This document shows, piece by piece, positions 19,604 through 29,134 of a stretch of DNA of 64,000 bases. The notes beneath the pieces are model-generated. The model searched no databases. It was given only the letters and a program-made list of their open reading frames with translations, and was not told the origin of the DNA. Positions within the stretch are counted from its first letter, which is position 1. Every line of letters begins with the position of its first letter. The DNA is taken from the NCBI GenBank assembly GCA_965197905.1, contig CBDAOB010000004.1, positions 192,001 through 256,000 of the forward strand, in the 5' to 3' direction. The translations under genes and the position numbers were made by a program. Source of the DNA: Candidatus Latescibacterota bacterium. GTDB taxonomy: Bacteria; Latescibacterota; UBA2968; UBA8231.

Positions 19604-20290
19604 ATGGAAAAACTCGACAAGAATTGGGCATCGTTGAAGGACCGCATTATGCGGGCCTGCGACCGCACGCAACGCGATTCCGACGAGATCGAGGTCGTCG
19701 CCGTCGGAAAAACCAGAACTGCCGACGAGATCAAAGCGGCGCTGGACTGCGGTCTCCACGTCGTTGGCGAAAACCGGGTTCAGGAAGCTGAAGCCAAATC
19801 CGGTTCTCTGGCAGCCTCGATCTCGTGGCACTTGATCGGGCACCTGCAGCGCAACAAAGCCAAGAAGGCGGCGGCACTGTTCGATATGATCCAATCGCTG
19901 GACAGTTTGCGATTGGCGCAGGCACTGGATCTCCAGGCGCGCGAACTGAACAAAAACCAGGAGGTACTCCTCCAGGTGAACACGTCCGGGGAGGAGAGCA
20001 AGTTTGGGGCGGCCCCGGCCGAGGCGAGAAGCTTGGCGGAGGACCTCGGCGAATGTGCCAATCTCAGGGTTCGCGGTTTGATGACCATTGGCGCGCACAC
20101 CGACGATGAGAATGAGATTCGGACCAGCTTTCGCACGCTTCGAGAAACGGCGGAAGAGCTTCGCGAGATATCCGGGATCGAGATGTCAATTCTATCCATG
20201 GGCATGAGCGGTGACTTCGAGATTGCCATTTCCGAAGGCGCGAACATGATTCGCCTGGGAACGGCTCTCTTCGGTCCGCGGGCTCACTAG
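19604..20290 (+). CDS. yggS: PLP homeostasis protein (YggS/PROSC)
   Basis: VAVGK, GENRVQE, WHLIGHLQRNK, GLMTIG, LSMGMSGDF and IRLGTALFG. Confidence 0.95.
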   Translation: MEKLDKNWASLKDRIMRACDRTQRDSDEIEVVAVGKTRTADEIKAALDCGLHVVGENRVQEAEAKSGSLAASISWHLIGHLQRNKAKKAAALFDMIQSLDSLRLAQALDLQARELNKNQEVLLQVNTSGEESKFGAAPAEARSLAEDLGECANLRVRGLMTIGAHTDDENEIRTSFRTLRETAEELREISGIEMSILSMGMSGDFEIAISEGANMIRLGTALFGPRAH

Positions 20291-20297
20291 AGGATGC

Positions 20298-20588
20298 GTG
20301 AACGTGTTTGACTACGGCGGCTTTACCAACGGCGTCATCGGCATCATCACCTCCTTGCTGACTATCTATATGTGGGTCGTCATCATCAGGGTCTTGATCT
20401 CGTGGATCAATCCGGATCCCTACAACCCCATCGTTCAGTTCCTGAGGGGTGTCACCGATCCGGCCATAGATGGGGTGCGGAAGTTGGTGCCGGGATTCCT
20501 CTACTCGACCGGACTGGACTTCTCTCCGCTCATACTGATCTTGCTGCTTCAACTGGTCATTCTCTTTTTGGAGAGTTTTAGATTCTGA
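20298..20588 (+). CDS. yggT: YggT family membrane protein
   Basis: IIRVLISWINPDPYNPIV..L..VTDP and LDFSP; follows yggS. Confidence 0.92.
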   Translation: MNVFDYGGFTNGVIGIITSLLTIYMWVVIIRVLISWINPDPYNPIVQFLRGVTDPAIDGVRKLVPGFLYSTGLDFSPLILILLLQLVILFLESFRF

Positions 20589-20594
20589 AATTTC

Positions 20595-23500
20595 ATGGCG
20601 ACAATGGAACCGACCCGCCTATTTGCCGAGGTTTCCTCACAAGTAGACTTTCCGGAACTAGAACGAAACGTTCTGCAATTCTGGGCCGAGCACGGACTGT
20701 ACGAAAAGTCCGTTCAGAATCGCGCCGATGCCGAGCATTTCATCTTCAATGATGGTCCCCCGTTCGCCAGCGGTCTGCCTCACTACGGTCATCTCCTAGC
20801 ATCCATCATAAAGGACGTGGTACCGCGCTACTGGACCATGCGCGGCTTCCGGGTCGACAGGCGGTTCGGATGGGACTGCCACGGTCTGCCGGTCGAAAAC
20901 GACGCCGAGCAGCAGCTCGGTCTCAAATCGCGGCGCGATATCCTCGACTACGGCGTAGCGGAATTCAACGAGTTCTGTCGCGGACTGGTGCAGCGATACA
21001 CCCGCGAGTGGCAAGAGGTTATTCAACGAGTGGGTCGCTGGGTCGACTGGTCCAATCAGTATCGCACCATGGACCCGGAGTTCATGGAGTCTGTGTGGTG
21101 GGTCTTCAAATCGCTCTGGGATCAGGACCTGCTGTACGAGGGATACAAATCCCTGGCCTATTGTCCACGTTGCGCGACTCCGCTCTCAAATTTTGAAGTT
21201 AATCAGGGATATCAGGATACTCAGGACCCGTCCATCACGGTCCGGTTCAAGCTGCTGGATGCGCCCAATACATCCCTCCTGGCGTGGACCACGACCCCGT
21301 GGACGCTGCCGTCCAACACCGGATTGGCTATTGGCCGGGGCATACCCTACGTCAAGGTCACGCTTAAGGATCAGGAGCAGCTGGTCGTTGCCGAAGCCCT
21401 CCGCGGCCGGGTGTTTTCGAAGATCGAAGAGGAGGTGTCCGCCGTCGAGGAGCAGCCGGTAGACGAGCTCCTGGGCAGAAGTTATGAACCCCTGTTCGAT
21501 TATTTCTCCGATCGCCGCACCGAAGGCGCGTTCCGGGTTGTAGCTGCGGACTTCGTGTCGACCGAAGACGGCACCGGCATCGTTCACATCGCCCCCGGAT
21601 TCGGCGAAGACGACTACACCTTGGGACAAAAGGAGGGGTTGCCCGCCCTGTGCCCCATCGATGAGGACTGTCGATTCACGTCGGAGGTACCCGATTTCGA
21701 GGGTGAGTTTGTCAAGGATACGGACACGCCCATCATCCGGCGTTTGCGGGCGAGTGGTCAGCTGTTCGACGAAGGATCCATAAATCACAGCTACCCGTTT
21801 TGCTGGCGTTGCGATTCACCGCTGATCTACCGCGCGGTGACCACGTGGTTTGTACGGATGGATCCCATCAAAGAGAGACTCGTCAACGCCAACCGGCAGA
21901 TCTGGTGGATCCCAGAGCATATCAAGGACGGTCGCTTCGGGAAGTGGCTTGAAGGAGCGCGCGACTGGGCGATCAGCCGCAATCGGTACTGGGGCACGCC
22001 GCTGCCGATCTGGCGCAACGAAGAGTCGGGCGAGATCGTGTGCGTAGGCAGCCGCGCCGATCTGGAGCGCCATTGCGGGCAGACGGTCGACGACCTGCAC
22101 AAACACCACGTCGATCAAATCGAACTGCCCAGCTCCAATGGCGGAGGCTCGCTGCGGCGAGTGCCCGAGGTACTCGATTGCTGGTTCGAATCCGGATCCA
22201 TGCCCTACGGTCAGAGTCACTATCCGTTCGATAACAAGGAACAGTTCGACCGCAACTTTCCTGCCGATTTCATCTCGGAGGGTCTGGATCAGACGCGGGG
22301 TTGGTTCTATACACTCACCGTGCTGGCAGCGGCCCTGTTCGACAAGCCGGCCTTCAAGAATTGCATCGTCTACGGCATGCTGCTGGCCGAGGACGGCCGC
22401 AAGATGAGCAAGCGGCTCAAGAACTACCCGGAGCCGACGGTGATGATGGACACCTATGGGGCTGACGCCCTGCGCCTGTATCTGTTGAATTCGGCGGCCC
22501 TAAAAGCGGAAGAAATTCGGCTCACCGAATCCGGCATCAAGGAGAGCATGCGCTCGGTGATCATTCCCCTGTGGAACGCCTACAGCTTTTTCGTGACCTA
22601 CGCCAATATCGACCACTGGTCTCCGGCAAAAGGTCTGGGCGTGGGCCCCACTCATCTTCTCGACCGCTGGATATTGTCCGAGCTGCAGACCCTGGTACAC
22701 GACATCAACCAGGAGATGGAAGCTTACCGCCTGTACCGCACGGTTCCGTGCATGGTTCAGTTCGTAGAGAAACTCACCAACTGGTACATCAGACGCAGCC
22801 GCCGCCGCTTCTGGAAGTCGGAAGACGACATCGACAAGACCTCCGCTTACGCGACGCTGTACAGGGTGCTGATGGATCTGACCAAGTGTCTGGCCCCGGT
22901 TCTTCCCTTCGTCACCGAGACGATCTATCAGAACCTGGCTCCTACCCACGCGGATGATCAACCGGAGAGCGTGCATCTGTGCGACATGCCTCTCGCCGAC
23001 GAATCCCGTCGCGACGGCCGATTGGAGAGTCAAATGGAGCTCACCACGCGGGCGGTTGTGCTCGGTCGGGCGTTGCGCAACAAACACAACCTCAAAACGC
23101 GACAGCCACTGCGGCGGTTATATCTTCTGCCGCCAGACGAGAGCGGGAGGGAACAGCTGGCAGAGATGGCAACCCTCATAGCCGACGAACTGAACATCAA
23201 GGAGGTGGAGCTGGTCGACGACGCCGCAGTGTTCAGCGACGAGTCATATCGCCCGAATTTTCCGGCCTTGGGCCCCCGTTTCGGCAAGAAAATGAAAGAG
23301 GTAACCCAGCGCATCCAAGCACTTACCAACGAGGAGTTGACGACTCTGCGTTCGGGCGCGGCTCTGGATGTCGCCGGAGGGCAGGTGACGCTTGACGACA
23401 TCGACGTCCAGCGGCGGGGAAAGGACGACATGGTCGTCACCATAGACAACAACCTGGGTGTCGGATTGGACGTCCATCTCGACGGGGATCTCGTCTTCGA

Positions 23501-23756
23501 ATGCACCGCGCGCGAGTTCGTCAACCGGGTGCAAAACATGCGCAAGGATGCCGGGCTTCAAGTTTCGGACCGGGTCAAGGTGGGGGTTCGTGGGGACGAT
23601 GAATTGGAGGAAGCCGTTGATCGGCACCGTGAATACGTGGCGGAAGAAACCCTGTCGCTCGAGGTGTTGATCGGCAGCATGTTTCCCAACGCTCTCAACC
23701 AACAAGATTTCGAGATCAACGGTCACAAGGGATCCATTTCTATCATCCGCGCCTGA
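20595..23756 (+). CDS. ileS: Isoleucine--tRNA ligase, type 2
   Basis: DGPPFASGLPHYGH, GWDCHGLPVE, WTTTPWTLPSN, GTGIVHIAP, DWAISRNRYWG, EGLDQTRGWFY and KMSKR; long IleRS2-type C-terminus. Confidence 0.97.
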   Translation: MATMEPTRLFAEVSSQVDFPELERNVLQFWAEHGLYEKSVQNRADAEHFIFNDGPPFASGLPHYGHLLASIIKDVVPRYWTMRGFRVDRRFGWDCHGLPVENDAEQQLGLKSRRDILDYGVAEFNEFCRGLVQRYTREWQEVIQRVGRWVDWSNQYRTMDPEFMESVWWVFKSLWDQDLLYEGYKSLAYCPRCATPLSNFEVNQGYQDTQDPSITVRFKLLDAPNTSLLAWTTTPWTLPSNTGLAIGRGIPYVKVTLKDQEQLVVAEALRGRVFSKIEEEVSAVEEQPVDELLGRSYEPLFDYFSDRRTEGAFRVVAADFVSTEDGTGIVHIAPGFGEDDYTLGQKEGLPALCPIDEDCRFTSEVPDFEGEFVKDTDTPIIRRLRASGQLFDEGSINHSYPFCWRCDSPLIYRAVTTWFVRMDPIKERLVNANRQIWWIPEHIKDGRFGKWLEGARDWAISRNRYWGTPLPIWRNEESGEIVCVGSRADLERHCGQTVDDLHKHHVDQIELPSSNGGGSLRRVPEVLDCWFESGSMPYGQSHYPFDNKEQFDRNFPADFISEGLDQTRGWFYTLTVLAAALFDKPAFKNCIVYGMLLAEDGRKMSKRLKNYPEPTVMMDTYGADALRLYLLNSAALKAEEIRLTESGIKESMRSVIIPLWNAYSFFVTYANIDHWSPAKGLGVGPTHLLDRWILSELQTLVHDINQEMEAYRLYRTVPCMVQFVEKLTNWYIRRSRRRFWKSEDDIDKTSAYATLYRVLMDLTKCLAPVLPFVTETIYQNLAPTHADDQPESVHLCDMPLADESRRDGRLESQMELTTRAVVLGRALRNKHNLKTRQPLRRLYLLPPDESGREQLAEMATLIADELNIKEVELVDDAAVFSDESYRPNFPALGPRFGKKMKEVTQRIQALTNEELTTLRSGAALDVAGGQVTLDDIDVQRRGKDDMVVTIDNNLGVGLDVHLDGDLVFECTAREFVNRVQNMRKDAGLQVSDRVKVGVRGDDELEEAVDRHREYVAEETLSLEVLIGSMFPNALNQQDFEINGHKGSISIIRA

Positions 23757-23779
23757 CCACAGTACGGAGTCGCACTAGG

Positions 23780-23808
23780 TAGACTTCGCTTCCCGGAGGT
23801 GGTACCTT
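23780..23808 (+). promoter_or_regulatory. sigma70-type promoter for dksA-like/lspA/rluD
   Basis: TAGACT-N17-TACCTT with extended TG. Confidence 0.4.
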
Positions 23809-23865
23809 CCTATGGTTGATCGCGCCTAGGCAGAATATCAAAGCGGAGAAGTTGGAGGTACAGAA

Positions 23866-24249
23866 ATGCCGTTGTCCAAAAGAGATTTGAAACACTTCAA
23901 AACCCTGCTGCTCCAGCGCCGCGAGGAGACAACCGCGGAGGCCAGAACGCTGGAGGACGCCTCGCGAGACAAAGAAATCCAGGGCACTTCGGGAGATCGG
24001 TCCACCTATTCCATGCACATGGCCGATCACGGGACCGATGCCATGGAGCGGGAAAAGTCAATGCTGTTAGCTCAGAGAGAAGTGGACTACGTTGACGACA
24101 TCGATGAAGCGCTGCAGCGGATCGAGGACGGAAACTACGGCATCTGCCGAGTTACGGGAAAGGACATACCCAAGGCCAGACTCGAAGCGGTGCCCACTAC
24201 GAGCGTCAGCGTGGAGGGAAAGATGAAGGAAAAAGAGCAAGCAGAGTGA
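23866..24249 (+). CDS. TraR/DksA-family transcription factor (single-Cys variant)
   Basis: Coiled coil with HMADHGTD tip; IDEALQRIEDGNYGICRVTGKDIPKARLEAVP; GGAGG RBS. Confidence 0.9.
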   Translation: MPLSKRDLKHFKTLLLQRREETTAEARTLEDASRDKEIQGTSGDRSTYSMHMADHGTDAMEREKSMLLAQREVDYVDDIDEALQRIEDGNYGICRVTGKDIPKARLEAVPTTSVSVEGKMKEKEQAE

Positions 24250-24743
24250 AGTTTCTTGGGTTGGCGTCGGTCGTAATTGTTGCCGATCAGGTCACCAAGT
24301 GGATTGTTCAGACATCGATGGCGTTGCAGGATTCGACGCCGGTGCTGGGCGATTTCTTCCGTCTGACCTACATACACAACCCGGGCGCTGCTTTCGGACT
24401 GAAGATAGGCACCCCGTTCGTCCACACCGCGATCTCCATCGTGGCGCTGTTCGCCTTGGTCTGGCTTTTCAGATCAGTCCCCAGCGACAATCGAATAATG
24501 CGACCCGCTCTGAGCATGGTGCTTGGCGGTGCGTTGGGTAATATCATTGATCGGGTCCGGCTGGGGATGGTGGTCGATTTCTTCGACGTGGGCATTGGCG
24601 CCATGCGATGGCCGGTGTTCAACGTCGCGGACTCGTGCGTGACCATCGGTATTCTGCTGATAGCCTTAAGCTATCTCCAACAGAGACCCCATAAGGAAGT
24701 TGCCCCTTCCGATTCGGACCCCGAACCGGAACCCACCGGTTGA
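24246..24743 (+). CDS. lspA: Lipoprotein signal peptidase II
   Basis: DQVTK, NPGAAFG, GGALGNIIDR, VVDFF and FNVAD. Confidence 0.96.
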   Translation: MKFLGLASVVIVADQVTKWIVQTSMALQDSTPVLGDFFRLTYIHNPGAAFGLKIGTPFVHTAISIVALFALVWLFRSVPSDNRIMRPALSMVLGGALGNIIDRVRLGMVVDFFDVGIGAMRWPVFNVADSCVTIGILLIALSYLQQRPHKEVAPSDSDPEPEPTG

Positions 24744-24759
24744 CCTCGCGACCTCCGCA

Positions 24760-25710
24760 ATGGAGATCCGCGTCCCACCCGAAGCAGAATCCCAACGACT
24801 CGATCTGTTTTTGAGCAGCACCTGTCCCAATCTATCCAGAAGCCGCATTCAACAGCTGATCAAAACCGGCGCGGTAACGGTGAACGGAGGTGAGCGGAGG
24901 GTAAGCTACTCCGTGTGCGCAGAGGATCTGGTCTTAGTCGATGTTCCCGCGCCTGAGCGTTCGGTGTTGGCGGCGGAAGACATACCTTTGGCCATCATCT
25001 ACGAAGACGAGGATCTCCTGGTACTCGACAAGCCGGCAGGCATGGTCGTCCACCCGGCTCCCGGGGTGAATTCAGGCACCTTGGTCAACGCACTCCTGCA
25101 TCATTGTGGTGATCTATCGGGTATTGGCGGCATCCTGCGACCGGGAATCGTACATCGGCTGGACAAGGATACCACGGGGCTGTTGGTGGTGGCCAAGTCC
25201 GCCCGTGCGCATCGAGGTCTCGCCGCGCAGCTAGAAGCCCGATCGATGCGGCGCACCTACATCGCTTTGGTCTGGGGTATCGTCGATGCAGAGGAAGACC
25301 GCATCGAGGCGCCGATCGGAAGACATCCGCGGGATCGCAAACGACTGGCGGTGGTACGGAGCGGGCGCGCTGCGGCAACCCGAGTGCGCAAGCTCCGGCA
25401 CTTCGAGTTCACCTCCATGCTGGAGGTGAGGTTGGAGACAGGTCGCACTCACCAGATTCGCGTGCATCTTCAACATTACGGGTTCCCCGTTTTCGGGGAT
25501 CCAGTGTACGGAGGCCGCAATCGGACCAGTGGCATCAAAGCCGATTTGCATCGCCGCGCCGATTTACTGCTGAAGCTCATAGACCGGCAAGCGCTTCACG
25601 CGGCCGGTTTGCAGTTCGAGCATCCAGTTTCGGGAGAGCAATTTCAGTTTTCGGCCCCTCTGCCCGACGACTTCGACCGCCTCGTGAAAGCGGCAAGCGC
25701 CACCCCCTAA
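24760..25710 (+). CDS. rluD: RluA/RluD-family 23S rRNA pseudouridine synthase
   Basis: S4 domain RLD..L...SRS.IQ; KPAGMVVHP, RPGIVHRLDKDTTG, TGRTHQIRVH, GDPVYG and QALHA. Confidence 0.93.
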   Translation: MEIRVPPEAESQRLDLFLSSTCPNLSRSRIQQLIKTGAVTVNGGERRVSYSVCAEDLVLVDVPAPERSVLAAEDIPLAIIYEDEDLLVLDKPAGMVVHPAPGVNSGTLVNALLHHCGDLSGIGGILRPGIVHRLDKDTTGLLVVAKSARAHRGLAAQLEARSMRRTYIALVWGIVDAEEDRIEAPIGRHPRDRKRLAVVRSGRAAATRVRKLRHFEFTSMLEVRLETGRTHQIRVHLQHYGFPVFGDPVYGGRNRTSGIKADLHRRADLLLKLIDRQALHAAGLQFEHPVSGEQFQFSAPLPDDFDRLVKAASATP

Positions 25711-25818
25711 TCGGACCGGGCAGCGACCATCGATCCAGGCCAACCTGGAGCCACTTGCGCCCACCGTGATTATGGCAATACTAGTGCTACGCCCTGAAGA
25801 CGGAAAGGAGCCGATGAC

Positions 25819-26136
25819 ATGATTTCTATCGGATTGAGCATGAGGGTGCGACCGGGTTGTTACGCCGAGTACAAGGAGGCTCACGACAATCTTTGGTCCG
25901 ACCTGGCCGAGAGTATGACGGACAACAACGTCAGCATGGCGATTTACCGTTTTGAAGACCAACTGTTTCTTCACGCGGTAGCCCCAACCAGGGACGACTG
26001 GGATAAGAGCAGGAAGGTGGAGGTGCTCGATCGGTGGAGCGAGTACATGTCCAAGCTTTTAGAGACCGACGCCGACGGTGATATCATCTTCCACGAGTTG
26101 CCGGAGGCGTTCGCCTTCGGCTCGTTCAAGGAGTGA
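25819..26136 (+). CDS. rhaM: L-rhamnose mutarotase-family protein
   Basis: EYKEAHDNLW motif, W..YM..L, about 105 aa; AAGGAG RBS. Confidence 0.75.
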   Translation: MISIGLSMRVRPGCYAEYKEAHDNLWSDLAESMTDNNVSMAIYRFEDQLFLHAVAPTRDDWDKSRKVEVLDRWSEYMSKLLETDADGDIIFHELPEAFAFGSFKE

Positions 26137-26148
26137 GGGAAGAACAAT

Positions 26149-27792
26149 ATGAGCACACCACAAAGCGCATTGAATCCAATGGGGTTCCCACCCCAGATCG
26201 AGCCTCTGGCTATGGCGCCGCGACTGGAGAGCATAGCTGGCAAGACGGTGTACCTGGTCGACTGTCGCTTTGACGACGGCGACATTCTGATCGGCCAGAT
26301 GCAGGAATGGTTCTCCGAAAACATGCCGGACGTGCATACCGAGGTGCGCCGGAAGTCAGGGGTGTACACCAAACGGGATCCCGATCTTTACGACGAAATC
26401 AGGGAAAGGGGAGACGCGGCCATAGTCGGCGTCGGCCACTGAAGCACCTGCGCGCCGGCGGTCGCCGACCAATGCCAGATACTCGAAGCGGAGTACGGGG
26501 TGCCAACAGCATCCGTGCAGACGGACATATTCGAACCCGTAGTCCGGGCTTCCTCGCGTCAACGGGGAATGCCCCATCAGCGATTCGTTTTCGTGCCGCA
26601 ACCGGTGATGGGAAAGTCGCCAGAAGAGTTGCGGGCATACGTGGATGGACCGGATGCGATTACCGGGCGTCCGTTCATGGAAGAGGTTGTTACCTCGCTC
26701 ACCGCCCCGCTCACCGATCGGGACACCGGGCACGGGCACTACGATCGCTCCACTCCCCGAACCGTTGAGGCCGGCAGCGAGCAAGAGCTTCACGATCTCT
26801 TTCTCGCCAACAACTGGACCGACCAGCTGCCCGTCGTACTGCCCACGGTGGAACGGGTGGAAGCCATGCTTGCGGGTAGCAGCCGACCGGCCGATGAGGT
26901 GGTTGGGCACATGCAGCCAACTTCGACGCGGGAGGCCTGGGAGTTCACCGTCGAGAAGGTGGCGGTCAATGCGGTAATGGCGGGGGCAAAACCCGAGTAC
27001 TTCCCGGTCATACTCGCGCTGGCCGCCAGTGAATCCACCGCCCGCGGCAGCACGACCAGCTCATCGGCGAACATGGTCATGGTGAACGGCCCGATCCGCG
27101 AAGAAATCGCCATGAACAGCGGTATCGGCGCCATGGGACCGTACAATCATGCCAATGCCACCATCGGCAGGGCGTATGGCCTGCTCTCCCAGAACCTGCA
27201 GGGCGGATCGGTTCCGCAACTGACCTACCTAGGGTCTCAGGGAAACGGATACGGCTATGGAAATCCAACATTCGCCGAAAATGAGGAGCGCAGCCCCTGG
27301 GTCCCTTTTCACGTTGAAAAAGGGTTCGACAAGAATCAAAGCGTCGTCAGCATTATAGCCGATGTTAAGACGACCTCCTTCTTGCTGGGACTGCGGGAGA
27401 AACACTGGCGTGAGCACGTCACTCACATGCTTCGCGGGATGAACCCCTTCAATCCGCCCACCCTCGTACTTGATCCGATTACGGCACGCCAGTTTGTCGA
27501 CCGAGGTGGGTTCGACACGAAAGAGAAGCTGGCGGAGTGGATCTATGAAGCGGCAACGATCAAAGCGGGAGAATACTGGGACTACCAGCTCATACAGAAC
27601 TACGTCTACCCGCGAGCCCTGAATGGCCAAGAGCCCTACGCTTCGTTGCTTGAGGCCGATCCCGAGGAGCAGATCCCCATGTTCCGACGGGAGACAATAA
27701 ACGTCGTGGTGGTCGGCGGTGAGACCAACGGATACTGGCGCATAATGGGCTGCAAACATGCGAAGAGTGTGTGTATCGATGACTGGCGGTAG
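26149..27792 (+). CDS. Probable selenoprotein: UGSC-family domain (Sec at codon 98, U-S-T-C) fused to a large C-terminal domain, 547 aa with TGA readthrough
   Basis: TGA at 26440-26442 is in frame with the 26500..27792 ORF, with 19 sense codons between (STCAPAVADQCQILEAEYG). The context APRL..IAGKTV...DAAIVGVGH-U-STC...E..GVP matches UGSC-type proteins as I recall them. SECIS-like hairpin directly downstream. Confidence 0.8.
26448..26478 (+). promoter_or_regulatory. Candidate bacterial SECIS element
   Basis: Upper stem CGGC/GCCG closes a GGUC loop (26460-26463) that starts 17 nt after the UGA; lower stem CUG-c-GCG / UGC-CAG. Confidence 0.6.
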
Positions 27793-27794
27793 AG

Positions 27795-29129
27795 ATGAAT
27801 AGAGCGTCGAAGGCAGACGATGCTAGCTCTTCCAAATTGACGATGATTGTCGGTGTCGTAGCCGTATTGGCAGCGATCGCCGCAGCAACGTCTTTCGGAT
27901 TCGAGCTGTGGTCGCAAAAGCAGGCCGACCGGCACCTGGCAAAAGGCGCAGAGCAGCTGCAACTTGGTCGGCCTGGTCAGGCTGCGATCGAATTCAACCG
28001 CGCCATGGAGCTGGACCCTCTACGCGTCGACGCCATGCACCAGCTGGGGCGACTGTATGTAGGACAGGGTCGCCTGGAAGAGGCGGATTCACTGCTACAG
28101 CGCGCTTTAGAGATCGCGCCGGAAAACACGGAGCTTCATCTGGATCTAGGGGATATCTATCTCAGAATGAAGGATATGGACCGCGCCCTCGACATTATTC
28201 AACGGGCGCTCGAGATAGATCCCGAACTGGCCTTGGCACACCACAACATGGGGTATCTGCGCATTATCCGCAGCGAGGTTCCAGAGGCGGAGGAGTCGTT
28301 TCGCAAGGCGGTTGAGCTCGGCGCCGACTTCCCCATGGCGCATTTCAATCTCGGGAAGGCCTTAGCGCTTCAGGACGACCATGCGGCGGCGTTGGTCTCC
28401 TTTCAGCGAGCTGTCGAGAAGGACTCTACCGTGTCGGTGGCTTACCTCGCCATGGGCCAGTCGCTGGTTTCTCTCGGGGAACCAGGCCGTGCGTTGAAGG
28501 CGTATCACACTGCAATGAAGCTGCAAGGAAAAAACCCGAGGCTGCTGACGATGATCGGCGATCTCCACGCCAGCGGCGAAAAGTATGAGGAGGCCATCGA
28601 GTTCTACAGGTCGGCGATCGCGCTACAACCCACCTATCCGTGGCCTCATTCCGGTTTGGGCAGGGTCTACGTCAAGACCGGAAAAACGGAGGAAGGCCAT
28701 CGGGAGCTCCGCCGTTTCGAGCACCTTCAGAACGTCGACCGGAAGCTAAGCGCCGCAAACCGCAGAATCGACGAAAATCCGCAGGATCCAGGAACGCACC
28801 TCGCTTTAGCGCGACTGTACGTCAACGAAAGCCGAATGCAGGATGCCGTGCGCGCCTTGCAGCGGCTGGCGCAACTGAATCCGGGAATCCAGGAGACCTA
28901 CTATCTGCTCGGAATTGCCTACGAGGGATTGAACGACTATACGTCCGCGGAACTGGCATTGCGGAAGAGCATCGAGCTAAACCGCGGGCATGTTCCATCC
29001 TACATCGCAATTGCCGGAGTATATAAGAATCTGGGACAGCATGAGGCAGCGCTGGCTGCGTTCGAAGCAGCCGCCAAAGTGAACCCCGGAAATACGGGTT
29101 CTGCTCGCGGCAAGATGTTCACGAAATAA
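27795..29129 (+). CDS. Membrane-anchored tetratricopeptide-repeat protein
   Basis: N-terminal TM helix followed by about 11 TPR units (A..LG..Y...G...EA...ALE.P); starts 2 nt after the previous stop. Confidence 0.9.
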   Translation: MNRASKADDASSSKLTMIVGVVAVLAAIAAATSFGFELWSQKQADRHLAKGAEQLQLGRPGQAAIEFNRAMELDPLRVDAMHQLGRLYVGQGRLEEADSLLQRALEIAPENTELHLDLGDIYLRMKDMDRALDIIQRALEIDPELALAHHNMGYLRIIRSEVPEAEESFRKAVELGADFPMAHFNLGKALALQDDHAAALVSFQRAVEKDSTVSVAYLAMGQSLVSLGEPGRALKAYHTAMKLQGKNPRLLTMIGDLHASGEKYEEAIEFYRSAIALQPTYPWPHSGLGRVYVKTGKTEEGHRELRRFEHLQNVDRKLSAANRRIDENPQDPGTHLALARLYVNESRMQDAVRALQRLAQLNPGIQETYYLLGIAYEGLNDYTSAELALRKSIELNRGHVPSYIAIAGVYKNLGQHEAALAAFEAAAKVNPGNTGSARGKMFTK

Positions 29130-29134
29130 CAGGC

